From Candidatus Saccharimonadota bacterium (lineage in GTDB: Bacteria; Patescibacteriota; Saccharimonadia; Saccharimonadales; UBA4665): a DNA stretch of 32,000 bases. Below are positions 9,793 to 17,308 of the stretch, piece by piece (the stretch's first letter is position 1; every line of letters begins with the position of its first letter). The stretch covers positions 240,001-272,000 of the forward strand of contig CP064993.1 in the NCBI GenBank assembly GCA_016699955.1, in the 5' to 3' direction. The translations under genes were made by a program, and so were the position numbers. The notes under the pieces are model-generated. The model worked only from the letters and a program-made list of their open reading frames with translations, did not search any database and was not told where the DNA came from.

Positions 9793-10458
9793 ATGCCGGG
9801 GAAAAACATTATCAAACAATACACGCCGGATAGCTATTATCACATCTACACGCGTGGTGTAAATAAAGACATCACCTTCGATGGTGAGGATGACTTTAGT
9901 GTATTTACCGGGTTGTTAAAACGGTATCTTTCGGCGTCGGCCACCAAAGCATCAACTCGCCATGTCTATCCATCATTCAATGGTCGTCTTGAGCTCTTAG
10001 CTTACGCCCTCATGCCGAATCACATTCATTTATTCATTTATCAGCACGATGAGTACGCAATACGAGACTTCATGCGCGCGCTCCTCACGAGCTACTGCAT
10101 GCAATACAACAAAGCGCATAAGAGGGTTGGACCACTTTTTCAAAGCCGGTATCGAGCGGTCCGCGTAAGCGATGATGCTTACTTGCAGCATATCTCCCGA
10201 TATATACATCTAAACCCAAGCGACTGGCGCACAAGCGATAAAACAAGCCTTGACTACTACCTTGGGAAACGACACGCCGACTGGATACAGCCCGCGCGCA
10301 TTTTAGAGCTCTTTGCCGGCCCGCAAGGTTATATGACCTTTCTAGAAGATTATGAGGACGTTAAAAAAATGTACGATGAGATCAAATGGGACTTAGCGAC
10401 CATCGAAGACCGTGATGAAGAGGAACCGAAGTTTTATGGCGACAAGGACAGACCCTGA
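9793..10458 (+). CDS. REP-associated tyrosine transposase (RAYT) / IS200-like Y1 HUH transposase
   Basis: MPGKNIIKQYTPDSYYHIYTRGVN.., HUH motif in LMPNHIHLFI, catalytic Tyr context SRYIHLNP. Start trimmed to ATG 9793. Confidence 0.8.
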   Translation: MPGKNIIKQYTPDSYYHIYTRGVNKDITFDGEDDFSVFTGLLKRYLSASATKASTRHVYPSFNGRLELLAYALMPNHIHLFIYQHDEYAIRDFMRALLTSYCMQYNKAHKRVGPLFQSRYRAVRVSDDAYLQHISRYIHLNPSDWRTSDKTSLDYYLGKRHADWIQPARILELFAGPQGYMTFLEDYEDVKKMYDEIKWDLATIEDRDEEEPKFYGDKDRP

Positions 10459-10466
10459 CGCAGGGT
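10443..10466. repeat. third, direct copy of the REP-like arm plus a mini-hairpin
   Basis: 10443..10461 CAAGGACAGACCCTGACGC matches 9696..9714 at 18/19 positions. ACCCTG-ACG-CAGGGT hairpin at 10452..10466. It overlaps the RAYT stop and abuts the ruvC stop. Confidence 0.75.
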
Positions 10467-10948
10467 TAGCTTGAATAAAGTTTGCGAGATTGGGCATGAG
10501 TGAGGGCAGTAGCAAGGGCGTCGGCACAGTCGTCCGGCTTCGGCGCTTCAGTTAGGCCGAGGTGAATACGCACCATTTCTTGAATTTGCTTTTTGTCTGC
10601 TCTACCATAACCGGTAATTGCCATTTTTATCTGAAGCGGTGTGTATTCAGAAATCTCCAGACCGCTTTGGCTGCCGCATAGCAGAACGACACCCCTTGCC
10701 TGCGCCACTGTCATGGCCGTAGTGACATTGCGGGAGAAAAATAGCTTTTCAACTGCCATATGTGTTGGCTTTGTTTGCACAATAATGTCTGTCAGCTCAT
10801 CATAGATGGTTTGCAAGCGCACCACGTCATCTTCATGTGCGGGAGTCCGTATCACACCAGCATCAACCAACTGCGTCTTGCCACGTGTAACATCTATAAC
10901 ACCGAAACCAAGTATACCCGTGCCTGGGTCAATCCCGAGTATCCGCAT
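10466..10948 (-). CDS. ruvC: crossover junction endodeoxyribonuclease RuvC
   Basis: MRILGIDPGTGILGFGVID.., 160 aa, conserved acidic residues (D7, E67-like, DAADAL). Confidence 0.95.
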   Translation of the reverse strand: MRILGIDPGTGILGFGVIDVTRGKTQLVDAGVIRTPAHEDDVVRLQTIYDELTDIIVQTKPTHMAVEKLFFSRNVTTAMTVAQARGVVLLCGSQSGLEISEYTPLQIKMAITGYGRADKKQIQEMVRIHLGLTEAPKPDDCADALATALTHAQSRKLYSS

Positions 10949-11363
10949 GATTTGTTTTCACCTGGGATTCAGCTTTTTTCTCTGTCGTTTTCACCTCGGC
11001 AGTCTTTTTCTTAGGCCGCCAAAAAATAGTAATGGGTGCCAAAACAGCCGCAACAAATGACATCAAAAAAATGATATTTGCCAGCAGGAGCATCGGATTA
11101 AAGGCACGAGACGTATACGACACCTCATATGGGTTCTCGCCGCTACCAAGGAAAGTCTGAATTTCCCGGTATGTACCAGGGTACCCCCAACGCTGGACTT
11201 TAAACGTACCATCGGTTTCCATTTTCTGTTGTGCGATAGGCGGCCCAAAAACAAAGCCCTTTTCAGCCGGCACGCTTTCCAACGTGTTAATACCGCCCCC
11301 GATGCCCGCAGCGATTAGCAGACTGACACAAACAAGTAGCAAAAGCTTTTTTAGCCTTTTCAT
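10929..11363 (-). CDS. membrane protein, function unknown
   Basis: N-terminal signal/TM (LLLLVCVSLLIAAGIGG), a second TM near the C-terminus, Lys-rich tail. Overlaps the ruvC start by 20 nt. Confidence 0.5.
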   Translation of the reverse strand: MKRLKKLLLLVCVSLLIAAGIGGGINTLESVPAEKGFVFGPPIAQQKMETDGTFKVQRWGYPGTYREIQTFLGSGENPYEVSYTSRAFNPMLLLANIIFLMSFVAAVLAPITIFWRPKKKTAEVKTTEKKAESQVKTNHADTRD

Positions 11364-11391
11364 ACCCTAATAGTATCACGGCGCCGAAAAC

Positions 11392-12219
11392 TTAGACAGC
11401 AGCTCGGCGGTTGGACTGCACCGTAGCCGATTCTCGAAAAATATTCAGCATTTTTTCATGTATTGCTTCGTTGCATGAAACTAACAAACCATTTGCAAAT
11501 TCGTCATAGCGGCGTTCATAGCCAAGTATATCGCTCGCAACACCCCCCGCTTCATCAACAAGCAGTGCCACAGCTGCACTATCCCACGGAGATCCATACA
11601 GCAAGAAACTAGCCACAAAGTTGCCCTTTGCAACCTGTCTCGCCCCGTAAACAGCAGATATGAAGTTAAACCCTCGCACATCGGCTGCATTCAGCTGGGT
11701 GATTACTTCACCAATAGCAACCGTCGGTTCGATGCTCCACAGACCACTACCCTGAGATACATAACGCCCTGCTAAGTCAGTTGCCCGACTCGTTTTAAGC
11801 GGTTCAGTGCCACAAAACGCACCTCCATTTTTAGTCGCGAACATAAGTTCGTCGAGATAGGGGTCATACGTTGCCGATACGTAGGCTTGCCCGTCTTTTC
11901 TGTCCACGAGCGCAAGCGAAAAAGTACTGACAGGAATTCCGCAGCTAAATGGACTTGTGCCATCTATTGGGTCAACTACCCATATCAGCTGGCGTTCCGG
12001 CTCAAAGCTAGCTTCTTCGCCAAGCACACCATGATCTGGAAACATTTCCCGTACGCGCGCAATTACGAGGTCGTTTATGGTTGTATCGGCAACTGTTAGC
12101 GGCGTGAGATCCTCTTTTAGAACTGTACCGAGCCTGTCGGAACGAAAGTAACGTCGCATAATCTCGCCCGCTTCAAGGGCCAAAATTTTAGCAAACTCAA
12201 GCTCTTTTTTGTACGCCAT
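11392..12219 (-). CDS. inositol monophosphatase family protein (SuhB/HisN/CysQ-like)
   Basis: GEE....WVVDPIDGT and WDSAA motifs, 275 aa. Confidence 0.85.
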   Translation of the reverse strand: MAYKKELEFAKILALEAGEIMRRYFRSDRLGTVLKEDLTPLTVADTTINDLVIARVREMFPDHGVLGEEASFEPERQLIWVVDPIDGTSPFSCGIPVSTFSLALVDRKDGQAYVSATYDPYLDELMFATKNGGAFCGTEPLKTSRATDLAGRYVSQGSGLWSIEPTVAIGEVITQLNAADVRGFNFISAVYGARQVAKGNFVASFLLYGSPWDSAAVALLVDEAGGVASDILGYERRYDEFANGLLVSCNEAIHEKMLNIFRESATVQSNRRAAV

Positions 12220-12225
12220 AGCCGT

Positions 12226-12951
12226 TTACCCTAGCAGGCTTTCGTCGATGTCAAAGTTCACATGGGTGTTTGCAACATCGTCGCAGTCGTCTAGTGCGTC
12301 CATGAGGCGCATAATCTTGCCGGCTGTTTCGCGTTCGGTAATTTCTACGGTTGTATTTGGCATATACGTCAAATACGCATCGGTAATATCGACACCGCGT
12401 TCCTTCAAACCGTCACGCACGTACGCCAATTCGCTCGGCTCTGTGTAAACAACTGAGCCATCACCATCTTCCTCGACATCAGCAGCTCCTGCATCGATTG
12501 CCTGAAGGAGCAATTCGTCGCCCTTGCCGCGTACTTCTATAGCCCCTTTGCGCGTAAACTGAAACGCCACCGCGCCCTTTTCGGCAATATTGCCGCCGTG
12601 CTTGCTAAATGCCAAGCGCACTTCTGGATAAGTACGGTTTAGGTTGTCGGTTGCGACTTCAACGAGTATAGCAACACCACCCGGCCCATAGCCTTCGTAG
12701 AGCACTTCGTGTAGTTCTGCGGCCGATTTATCTTTCACTCTATCTATTGCTCGCTGTATATTGGCGGCGGGCATATTTGCCGTCTTTGCTTTGTCCATAG
12801 TAAGGCGAAGGGCAAAGTTTGTATCTGGGTCGGTGCCACTTCTAGCCGCTATGGCTATGGCATTACCAAGCTTCGTAAAGACAGCGCCACGCGCAGCATC
12901 TTTGGCACCTTTTTGTCGTTTGATGGTAGACCACTTGCTATGACCTGACAT
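12226..12951 (-). CDS. yebC: YebC/PmpR family DNA-binding transcriptional regulator
   Basis: MSGHSKWSTIKRQKGAKDAARG N-terminus, 241 aa. Confidence 0.95.
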   Translation of the reverse strand: MSGHSKWSTIKRQKGAKDAARGAVFTKLGNAIAIAARSGTDPDTNFALRLTMDKAKTANMPAANIQRAIDRVKDKSAAELHEVLYEGYGPGGVAILVEVATDNLNRTYPEVRLAFSKHGGNIAEKGAVAFQFTRKGAIEVRGKGDELLLQAIDAGAADVEEDGDGSVVYTEPSELAYVRDGLKERGVDITDAYLTYMPNTTVEITERETAGKIMRLMDALDDCDDVANTHVNFDIDESLLG

Positions 12952-13012
12952 AGGTATGTACTCCGTTTCTATCTGAAATTATAGCGAACCGTAGCTCTGT
13001 GCGCTAGTACCG

Positions 13013-13708
13013 CTAGTGCGTTGCCCGATTGCGAAGCACAAGATCTTGGAACTCGTCGCCACGGTCTGAACGAAACAGTCGTATCGTGTCAACGTAGTAC
13101 GTAAATTTCTCGTAATCGATTAAACCCTTTTTCTTCAGTTTGTGCAGCTCTACAGCAGCAGTCTCGCGGGTTATCCCAACCATTTCTGCGATATCCTGAT
13201 GACTAAGTCGCAAGGCAATCTTACACTTACCGTCCGCTTGCTTTTCGCCAAACCGAGTAACAAGGTACTGCAAAATATATACTATCTTATCTTGTGCGTA
13301 GGAGTGTTCTAGCGCATAAACGTGCATGGTTGCAGCCACATAGTGTGACATGTAGTTCTGAAATATCTGCTCTTTCAGCTCAGGCACTGTTGCCAACGCA
13401 TGCTCGTAGTCTTCACGGCTGACAGCCACCACCGTGCAATCTGTTGCCGCTTCAAAATAGTAGATACAAATAGGTGACTTGCCAAACACCCATGACATAG
13501 GAAACACATCACCGGCCGTTAGCAGAGTCACTGTACGCTGATCGCCGTCGGCTGTTATCCCATATACTTTAATAATGCCTTTGCGTAGCACGAGTACGTT
13601 GGTTGGAACTTCACCCTGAAATAAAATGGTTCTTTTTTTTAGGTAGTTGCGCACTACGCCGTGCGGCTCAAGAAGCTTCAGCGCGCCATACTGCTTTCGT
13701 TCATCCAT
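13013..13708 (-). CDS. Crp/Fnr family transcriptional regulator
   Basis: cNMP-binding beta-roll (ILFQGEVPTNVLVLRKGIIKVY) and a C-terminal HTH (SHQDIAEMVGITRETAAVELHKLKKKGLI). Confidence 0.8.
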   Translation of the reverse strand: MDERKQYGALKLLEPHGVVRNYLKKRTILFQGEVPTNVLVLRKGIIKVYGITADGDQRTVTLLTAGDVFPMSWVFGKSPICIYYFEAATDCTVVAVSREDYEHALATVPELKEQIFQNYMSHYVAATMHVYALEHSYAQDKIVYILQYLVTRFGEKQADGKCKIALRLSHQDIAEMVGITRETAAVELHKLKKKGLIDYEKFTYYVDTIRLFRSDRGDEFQDLVLRNRATH

Positions 13709-13723
13709 CCTTTATATATAGCA

Positions 13724-14285
13724 TTACTTTTTCTCTGTGGCCAGCGCAGCGAACCATACTACGCGGGGTTTGCGAAGTAGATACAGCAGAAAAAATGTCA
13801 TCAGGCCAACAGCAAAAAGAACCATAAAGTGTTTTGACCGCTTTTCAAACACTCGTTTTGCCCCATTTAGCAAAAAATAGTAAGATTATAACCGCTGACC
13901 GCAATAATGTGCGTCAGTCCAACCATCAGAAATGCTTGACTGATAGCACTTGGCAACGTGTTGCGCTGGCCTATGACCAGGCCAAGACCAAATGATGTCG
14001 CCGGTTCAGGCAGAGCTGTTGCATACCGGCCACGAATCCTCGACGAAAATTATCGATCCAGTTCTGTTCACTGGCAATGCGTTTTATCTGTGCGTAGCTA
14101 ATGGTTGCCTGTTTGCCGCCACGTGTCGGATACAGTTTGCCCGATACTTCCAGAACATCACCCCTATACACAGCAAGTTTACCGTAGCCACTTACCTTTA
14201 TCGTACCCGGTACTTCGGCGCTTTTTGGCGACACAAATCTAATTTTTTTCATGTCAAAACTAAGCTGTCCATTTTTGCCATACAC
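13724..14285 (-). pseudogene. comEC: comEC/rec2 remnant (DUF4131 OB-fold region plus start of the competence domain), at least 2 frameshifts, truncated at both ends
   Basis: Track ORF 13971..14285 carries GKLAVYRGDVLEVSGKLYPTRGG. My translation in a second frame continues as TALPEPATSFGLGLVIGQRNTLPSAISQAFLMVGLTHIIAVSGYNLTIFC*. A third frame runs to the stop at 13724. The N-terminal TM helices and about 500 C-terminal aa are absent. Confidence 0.6.
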
Positions 14286-14321
14286 AGCGTATCACCGGTG
14301 TTTCGACTAACCATGAACGTT

Positions 14322-14726
14322 TTATTCGAACAGGCGGGTGTTGTGTTCGTAGCGCATGTGAGCAAATATTTTCAGGAGCTTAAAAAGCCGTAGCAGCCGA
14401 ACGCCTCTTAGGATCTCAAAAGATGTGGTGGGAACCGGCACAGCAGCAATTAAATAGAACCAGTTGTGCCGCAAGTACCTCGCTCGGTCGCGCGCAAAGT
14501 ACCATTCAAAAACGAATTCTGCCAAAAATATCAACGCTACACCCACTTCAAAAAACTCTATCACTATGAGTTGCTCGTGGTTCAGCTGCTCAAAATGCTC
14601 CAGTGCCAAAAACACAAAACTCAAGCCGACCAGCCCGTACATAATTATTTCTTTTATTAGCAGGAATCGCCGCAGCTTTTTTATCTGATTATTGCTATGC
14701 ATACTGCTTATGAGTATGGTCACCAT
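14322..14726 (-). CDS. ion-transport family fragment: voltage-sensor domain (S1-S4) only, no pore domain
   Basis: Four hydrophobic segments with an S4-like R/K-every-third helix ILRGVRLLRLFKLLKIF. The ORF stops 14 aa later, with no S5-P-S6. Confidence 0.55.
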   Translation of the reverse strand: MVTILISSMHSNNQIKKLRRFLLIKEIIMYGLVGLSFVFLALEHFEQLNHEQLIVIEFFEVGVALIFLAEFVFEWYFARDRARYLRHNWFYLIAAVPVPTTSFEILRGVRLLRLFKLLKIFAHMRYEHNTRLFE

Positions 14727-14804
14727 GAATGATTATTGCAACAATTGCCAAGTTTACCTGGTTGACGCATAAAACCACCTGAAGGGCTGATTTTACGAGA
14801 CCTC

Positions 14805-14841
14805 AGGAGCCAGGTGCAAACTACTGTAACTATACTAAGAG
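14805..14841. repeat. direct repeat copy A (SD-like + GTG + conserved 5' codons)
   Basis: AGGAGCCAGGTGCAAACTACTGTAACTA..TAAGAG aligns with 16738..16778 (28/31 over the core). Confidence 0.7.
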
Positions 14842-14853
14842 CAAACCCTACGG

Positions 14854-15240
14854 TTATTTGCTGGCAAGATACTCTTTGACACGACTATGAAGTAGGTCAA
14901 CTCTCTTCATTGTTTCTTCTCCATCGCCTAATGTTTCACGGTTTCTGATTTTGTAGCTTTTCACTGATGAACCAAGTGAAAACTGCTGCCATGTAAAATC
15001 AATGTGGTATTCTTCGCCGTTAACTATCAGTACGTTCCAAAAGTGCTTTTCCATAGATTTACCAGTCCAGACTTGCCCTTCAACGATTTCTAGTTCTGGA
15101 AAGAATAATTGGACAACACGTGAAGTAGGATAGCATTGACCGAGCGCCGGATTACCTTTTTCTTCAACTTGTAAATATGCAGTATCAGGCTTCCACACTG
15201 CCTCAAGCGCTTCACGTAGGTGGGTCATTGCAGTTTTCAT
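14854..15240 (-). CDS. YunG-like small cytosolic protein (tentative)
   Basis: NPALGQCYPTSRVVQ...HFWNV...HIDFTWQQF resembles the small YunG-type family as I recall it. Start trimmed to MKTAMTHL (ATG 15240). Confidence 0.45.
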   Translation of the reverse strand: MKTAMTHLREALEAVWKPDTAYLQVEEKGNPALGQCYPTSRVVQLFFPELEIVEGQVWTGKSMEKHFWNVLIVNGEEYHIDFTWQQFSLGSSVKSYKIRNRETLGDGEETMKRVDLLHSRVKEYLASK

Positions 15241-15376
15241 AGTCCAATAATACAGTAAGAGCCACTGCTTGCTCTTTATTTCATACGTTACTAACTGGTC
15301 ATTTCTTGGCTCAGTGCAGGGACATAAGCATCGCTGTTGCAACTATAATAAAAGGTCGAGGTTACTCAAGACTTGT

Positions 15377-15547
15377 TTAAGCCTTTTTGTCTTGGAGATA
15401 AGAAAAAACTGTTCCCATAATTATTAGGACAAAAGTGGCAGCATTGAGAAAATTATTTTGCTTATTACCTAGTATCAATAAAAACATTGTTATTGATGCT
15501 AGCCCCCACGATATGTTTTTCGCCAGCTGTAAATTCTTTATGTTCAT
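15377..15547 (-). CDS. 56-aa two-helix membrane micro-protein (hypothetical)
   Basis: Below the ORF-track cutoff. Own translation: MNIKNLQLAKNISWGLASITMFLLILGNKQNNFLNAATFVLIIMGTVFSYLQDKKA. Confidence 0.3.
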   Translation of the reverse strand: MNIKNLQLAKNISWGLASITMFLLILGNKQNNFLNAATFVLIIMGTVFSYLQDKKA

Positions 15548-15617
15548 TTTAGAAGTATACTCTTAAATCTAAGCGGAAAGAACAAATGCATACCATCGGC
15601 CTCGCAACTATTTTGGC

Positions 15618-16283
15618 CTACCAGAATGACGAGACTGGACCGATAAGGAAAAACCCAACGATACCAATTGTATTACTAAACCCGTGGCTTAAAACAGATG
15701 CCCACAAATTGTCGTCAAAATAATGTTTTACGAGACTATAATAGATACCATTAGAAAAAGCGATTATCATTCCCGCCCATCCTAGCTCTGAGTGTGCAAG
15801 TCCGAAAAGTACTGATGATAATAGCAAAGCAAGTAAATACTTGCGACGATAGGTCGAAAAAAGCTCGCTAACTCTGAGCGGTATAAAACTACGGTATATA
15901 ATCTCTTCTCCAAATACTACTAGAGTCCATGTCAGAGCCAGAAGCCCAAGCATCTGCGGTACGTTACCCTCTAGGCTGGCATAAGCTGCGGTATCTTGTT
16001 GTAACCCAAAAAGATGACTTAGCACAGGAGCCACAACACCAAGAGTAAAGGCAGTCCAAGCAACCGTCAAAGCAAATATTTTTGGGATATCCGTCTTAAA
16101 ATTTTTGAATTTACGAAGTCGCAGTAACGAAAATTTTTGTTTCCGAGTACGCAACGAGACAAAAACCAAAAATAGCAGTAACAAAGTGGCGACAGCAATA
16201 TCAGCAGTAACTATATACGCAACAACCATTAGCTCGATAAATATAACTAAGCCTTTTACTATCTGCTTATTGCGTAGCATCAA
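15618..16283 (-). CDS. CPBP family intramembrane glutamic endopeptidase (CAAX protease/Abi-like)
   Basis: Motif 1 FGEEIIYRSF, motif 2 FGLAH, motif 3 SHGFSN, polytopic membrane protein. Confidence 0.8.
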   Translation of the reverse strand: MMLRNKQIVKGLVIFIELMVVAYIVTADIAVATLLLLFLVFVSLRTRKQKFSLLRLRKFKNFKTDIPKIFALTVAWTAFTLGVVAPVLSHLFGLQQDTAAYASLEGNVPQMLGLLALTWTLVVFGEEIIYRSFIPLRVSELFSTYRRKYLLALLLSSVLFGLAHSELGWAGMIIAFSNGIYYSLVKHYFDDNLWASVLSHGFSNTIGIVGFFLIGPVSSFW

Positions 16284-16677
16284 TACTGTTTCTCCTCACT
16301 CCCCCAATTAATATGACTAGCCCAAGAATAAATATTGTTGGCTGCAATAAGCTAAATGTTCTAATTGTAGCCGTTTCATATATTATCCAACCCATGGTCA
16401 TTATCCCTAGTAAGCGTATAGAGGTACTCGCCCACGATTTCCCACACGCAACTCCCCATATATTTATGATTGGCCACAAGCTCATGCTAAGAAGCAAAAA
16501 AATGCCAGGCCAAAAGTAGTTACTGACAGGAGAGTGTACAAGCAAATCTGTTGTCATACCGAGAGCTGACCCGTCGGGCTTCAAAATAAAGGGTATCCCA
16601 CCGGATAATCCTCCCAGACAAAGTACAATCAGGAGAAGTATCAGTACCTTGTCTATACTCTTGGTTTTCCTAACCAT
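16267..16677 (-). CDS. polytopic membrane protein, function unknown; overlaps and is probably co-translated with the CPBP gene
   Basis: About 4 TM segments. 17-nt overlap with the CPBP start. Confidence 0.5.
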   Translation of the reverse strand: MVRKTKSIDKVLILLLIVLCLGGLSGGIPFILKPDGSALGMTTDLLVHSPVSNYFWPGIFLLLSMSLWPIINIWGVACGKSWASTSIRLLGIMTMGWIIYETATIRTFSLLQPTIFILGLVILIGGVRRNSIDATQ

Positions 16678-16693
16678 ACTAAAAATAATAACA

Positions 16694-16720
16694 AAAACAG
16701 AGGCAAATTACCTCTGTTTT
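16694..16720 (-). terminator. perfect 10-bp hairpin with a T-rich tail on the minus strand, sitting in the 5' region of the membrane-protein/CPBP operon
   Basis: AAAACAGAGG-CAAATTA-CCTCTGTTTT. On the minus strand it is followed by TGTTATTATTTTT and then ATG 16677. Confidence 0.5.
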
Positions 16721-16737
16721 AAGCATAATTGATTTGG

Positions 16738-16778
16738 AGGAGCAAGGTGCAAACTATTGCAACTAAATTGAGTAAGAG
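16738..16778. repeat. direct repeat copy B
   Basis: AGGAGCAAGGTGCAAACTATTGCAACTA..GTAAGAG. See copy A. Confidence 0.7.
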
Positions 16779-16805
16779 TATATACATTGCTGATATACTT
16801 AAAAT

Positions 16806-17027
16806 ATGAAAAAGAAGCAGAAAATTGTTTTGTTTGGACTTTTAATAGCTATTTTAATTTTTGGCTTAGCTTACTATTTCGTAGGACAAAATTCTGATAA
16901 ATGTACTGCGGCTGACAGGGCACAGAATAATTGTGTTCCAGCAGGAAGGTGTACTCCACCAGGCGATCCTCGTGAAGCAGTGATTGACTGCGGTATAACA
17001 GACTACGACCATAAATTTAGTCAGTAG
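16806..17027 (+). CDS. small membrane-anchored/secreted protein with a 4-Cys C-terminal region (hypothetical)
   Basis: MKKKQKIVLFGLLIAILIFGLAYYF signal-anchor, then C..C..C..C. Preceded by an ATGA-coupled 20-codon micro-ORF and followed by a hairpin. Confidence 0.45.
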   Translation: MKKKQKIVLFGLLIAILIFGLAYYFVGQNSDKCTAADRAQNNCVPAGRCTPPGDPREAVIDCGITDYDHKFSQ

Positions 17028-17034
17028 CAAACAA

Positions 17035-17057
17035 AAAGAGCCGTTACTTGGCTCTTT
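17035..17057. terminator. bidirectional intrinsic terminator (small ORF on +, tRNA-Lys on -)
   Basis: AAAGAGCC-GTTACTT-GGCTCTTT. The minus strand reads the hairpin followed by TTTTTGTTTG. Confidence 0.6.
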
Positions 17058-17096
17058 GGTTCAGACTTTCCTACTAGGGTCATTGTAAGGTCAAAT

Positions 17097-17172
17097 TGGA
17101 GGGCCCAGTGAGACTCGAACTCACGACACGAGGCTTAAAAGGCCTCTGCTCTACCGACTGAGCTATGGGCCC
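17097..17172 (-). tRNA. tRNA-Lys (anticodon UUU), CCA encoded
   Basis: Folded by hand: GGGCCCA/TGGGCCC acceptor, GCTC/GAGC D stem, GAGGC-CTTTTAA-GCCTC anticodon arm, GTGAG-TTCGAGT-CTCAC T arm, terminal TCCA. 76 nt. Confidence 0.9.
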
Positions 17173-17203
17173 CTAATGAGACAAACCTACGGCTTTTCTC
17201 ATC

Positions 17204-17256
17204 GGTCAGTCGGCTTGAAGCCGCCTTTTTGCTGGGGTGCAAAAAACGAGCTGACC
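17204..17256. other. compact three-way-junction structure (candidate structured RNA; strand unresolved)
   Basis: Closing stem GGTCAGTCG / CGA(G)CTGACC enclosing hairpins CGGC-TTGAA-GCCG and TTTTTGC-TGGGGT-GCAAAAA. All pairs are Watson-Crick, so the strand cannot be inferred. Confidence 0.3.
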
Positions 17257-17308
17257 TGCTTTTTTCCTTCAGGGTACCGAGTGGCAGAGAGGGAAATTAA
17301 CTCCTTAC

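Noticed and set aside
17176-17212. Hammerhead-like CCGAUGAG...GAAAAG string on the minus strand
   Set aside because: The conserved CUGAUGA core is not matched (C instead of U4), and the required stem arrangement is absent.
17255-17300. Possible SRP (4.5S) RNA: minus strand CCCUGAAGGAAAAAAGCAGGUCAG superficially resembles the domain IV GGUCCGGAAGGAAGCAGC motif
   Set aside because: The 5' strand, the tetraloop closing pairs and the symmetric-loop residues cannot be aligned without several insertions, so the match is not convincing by eye. It needs a covariance-model scan.
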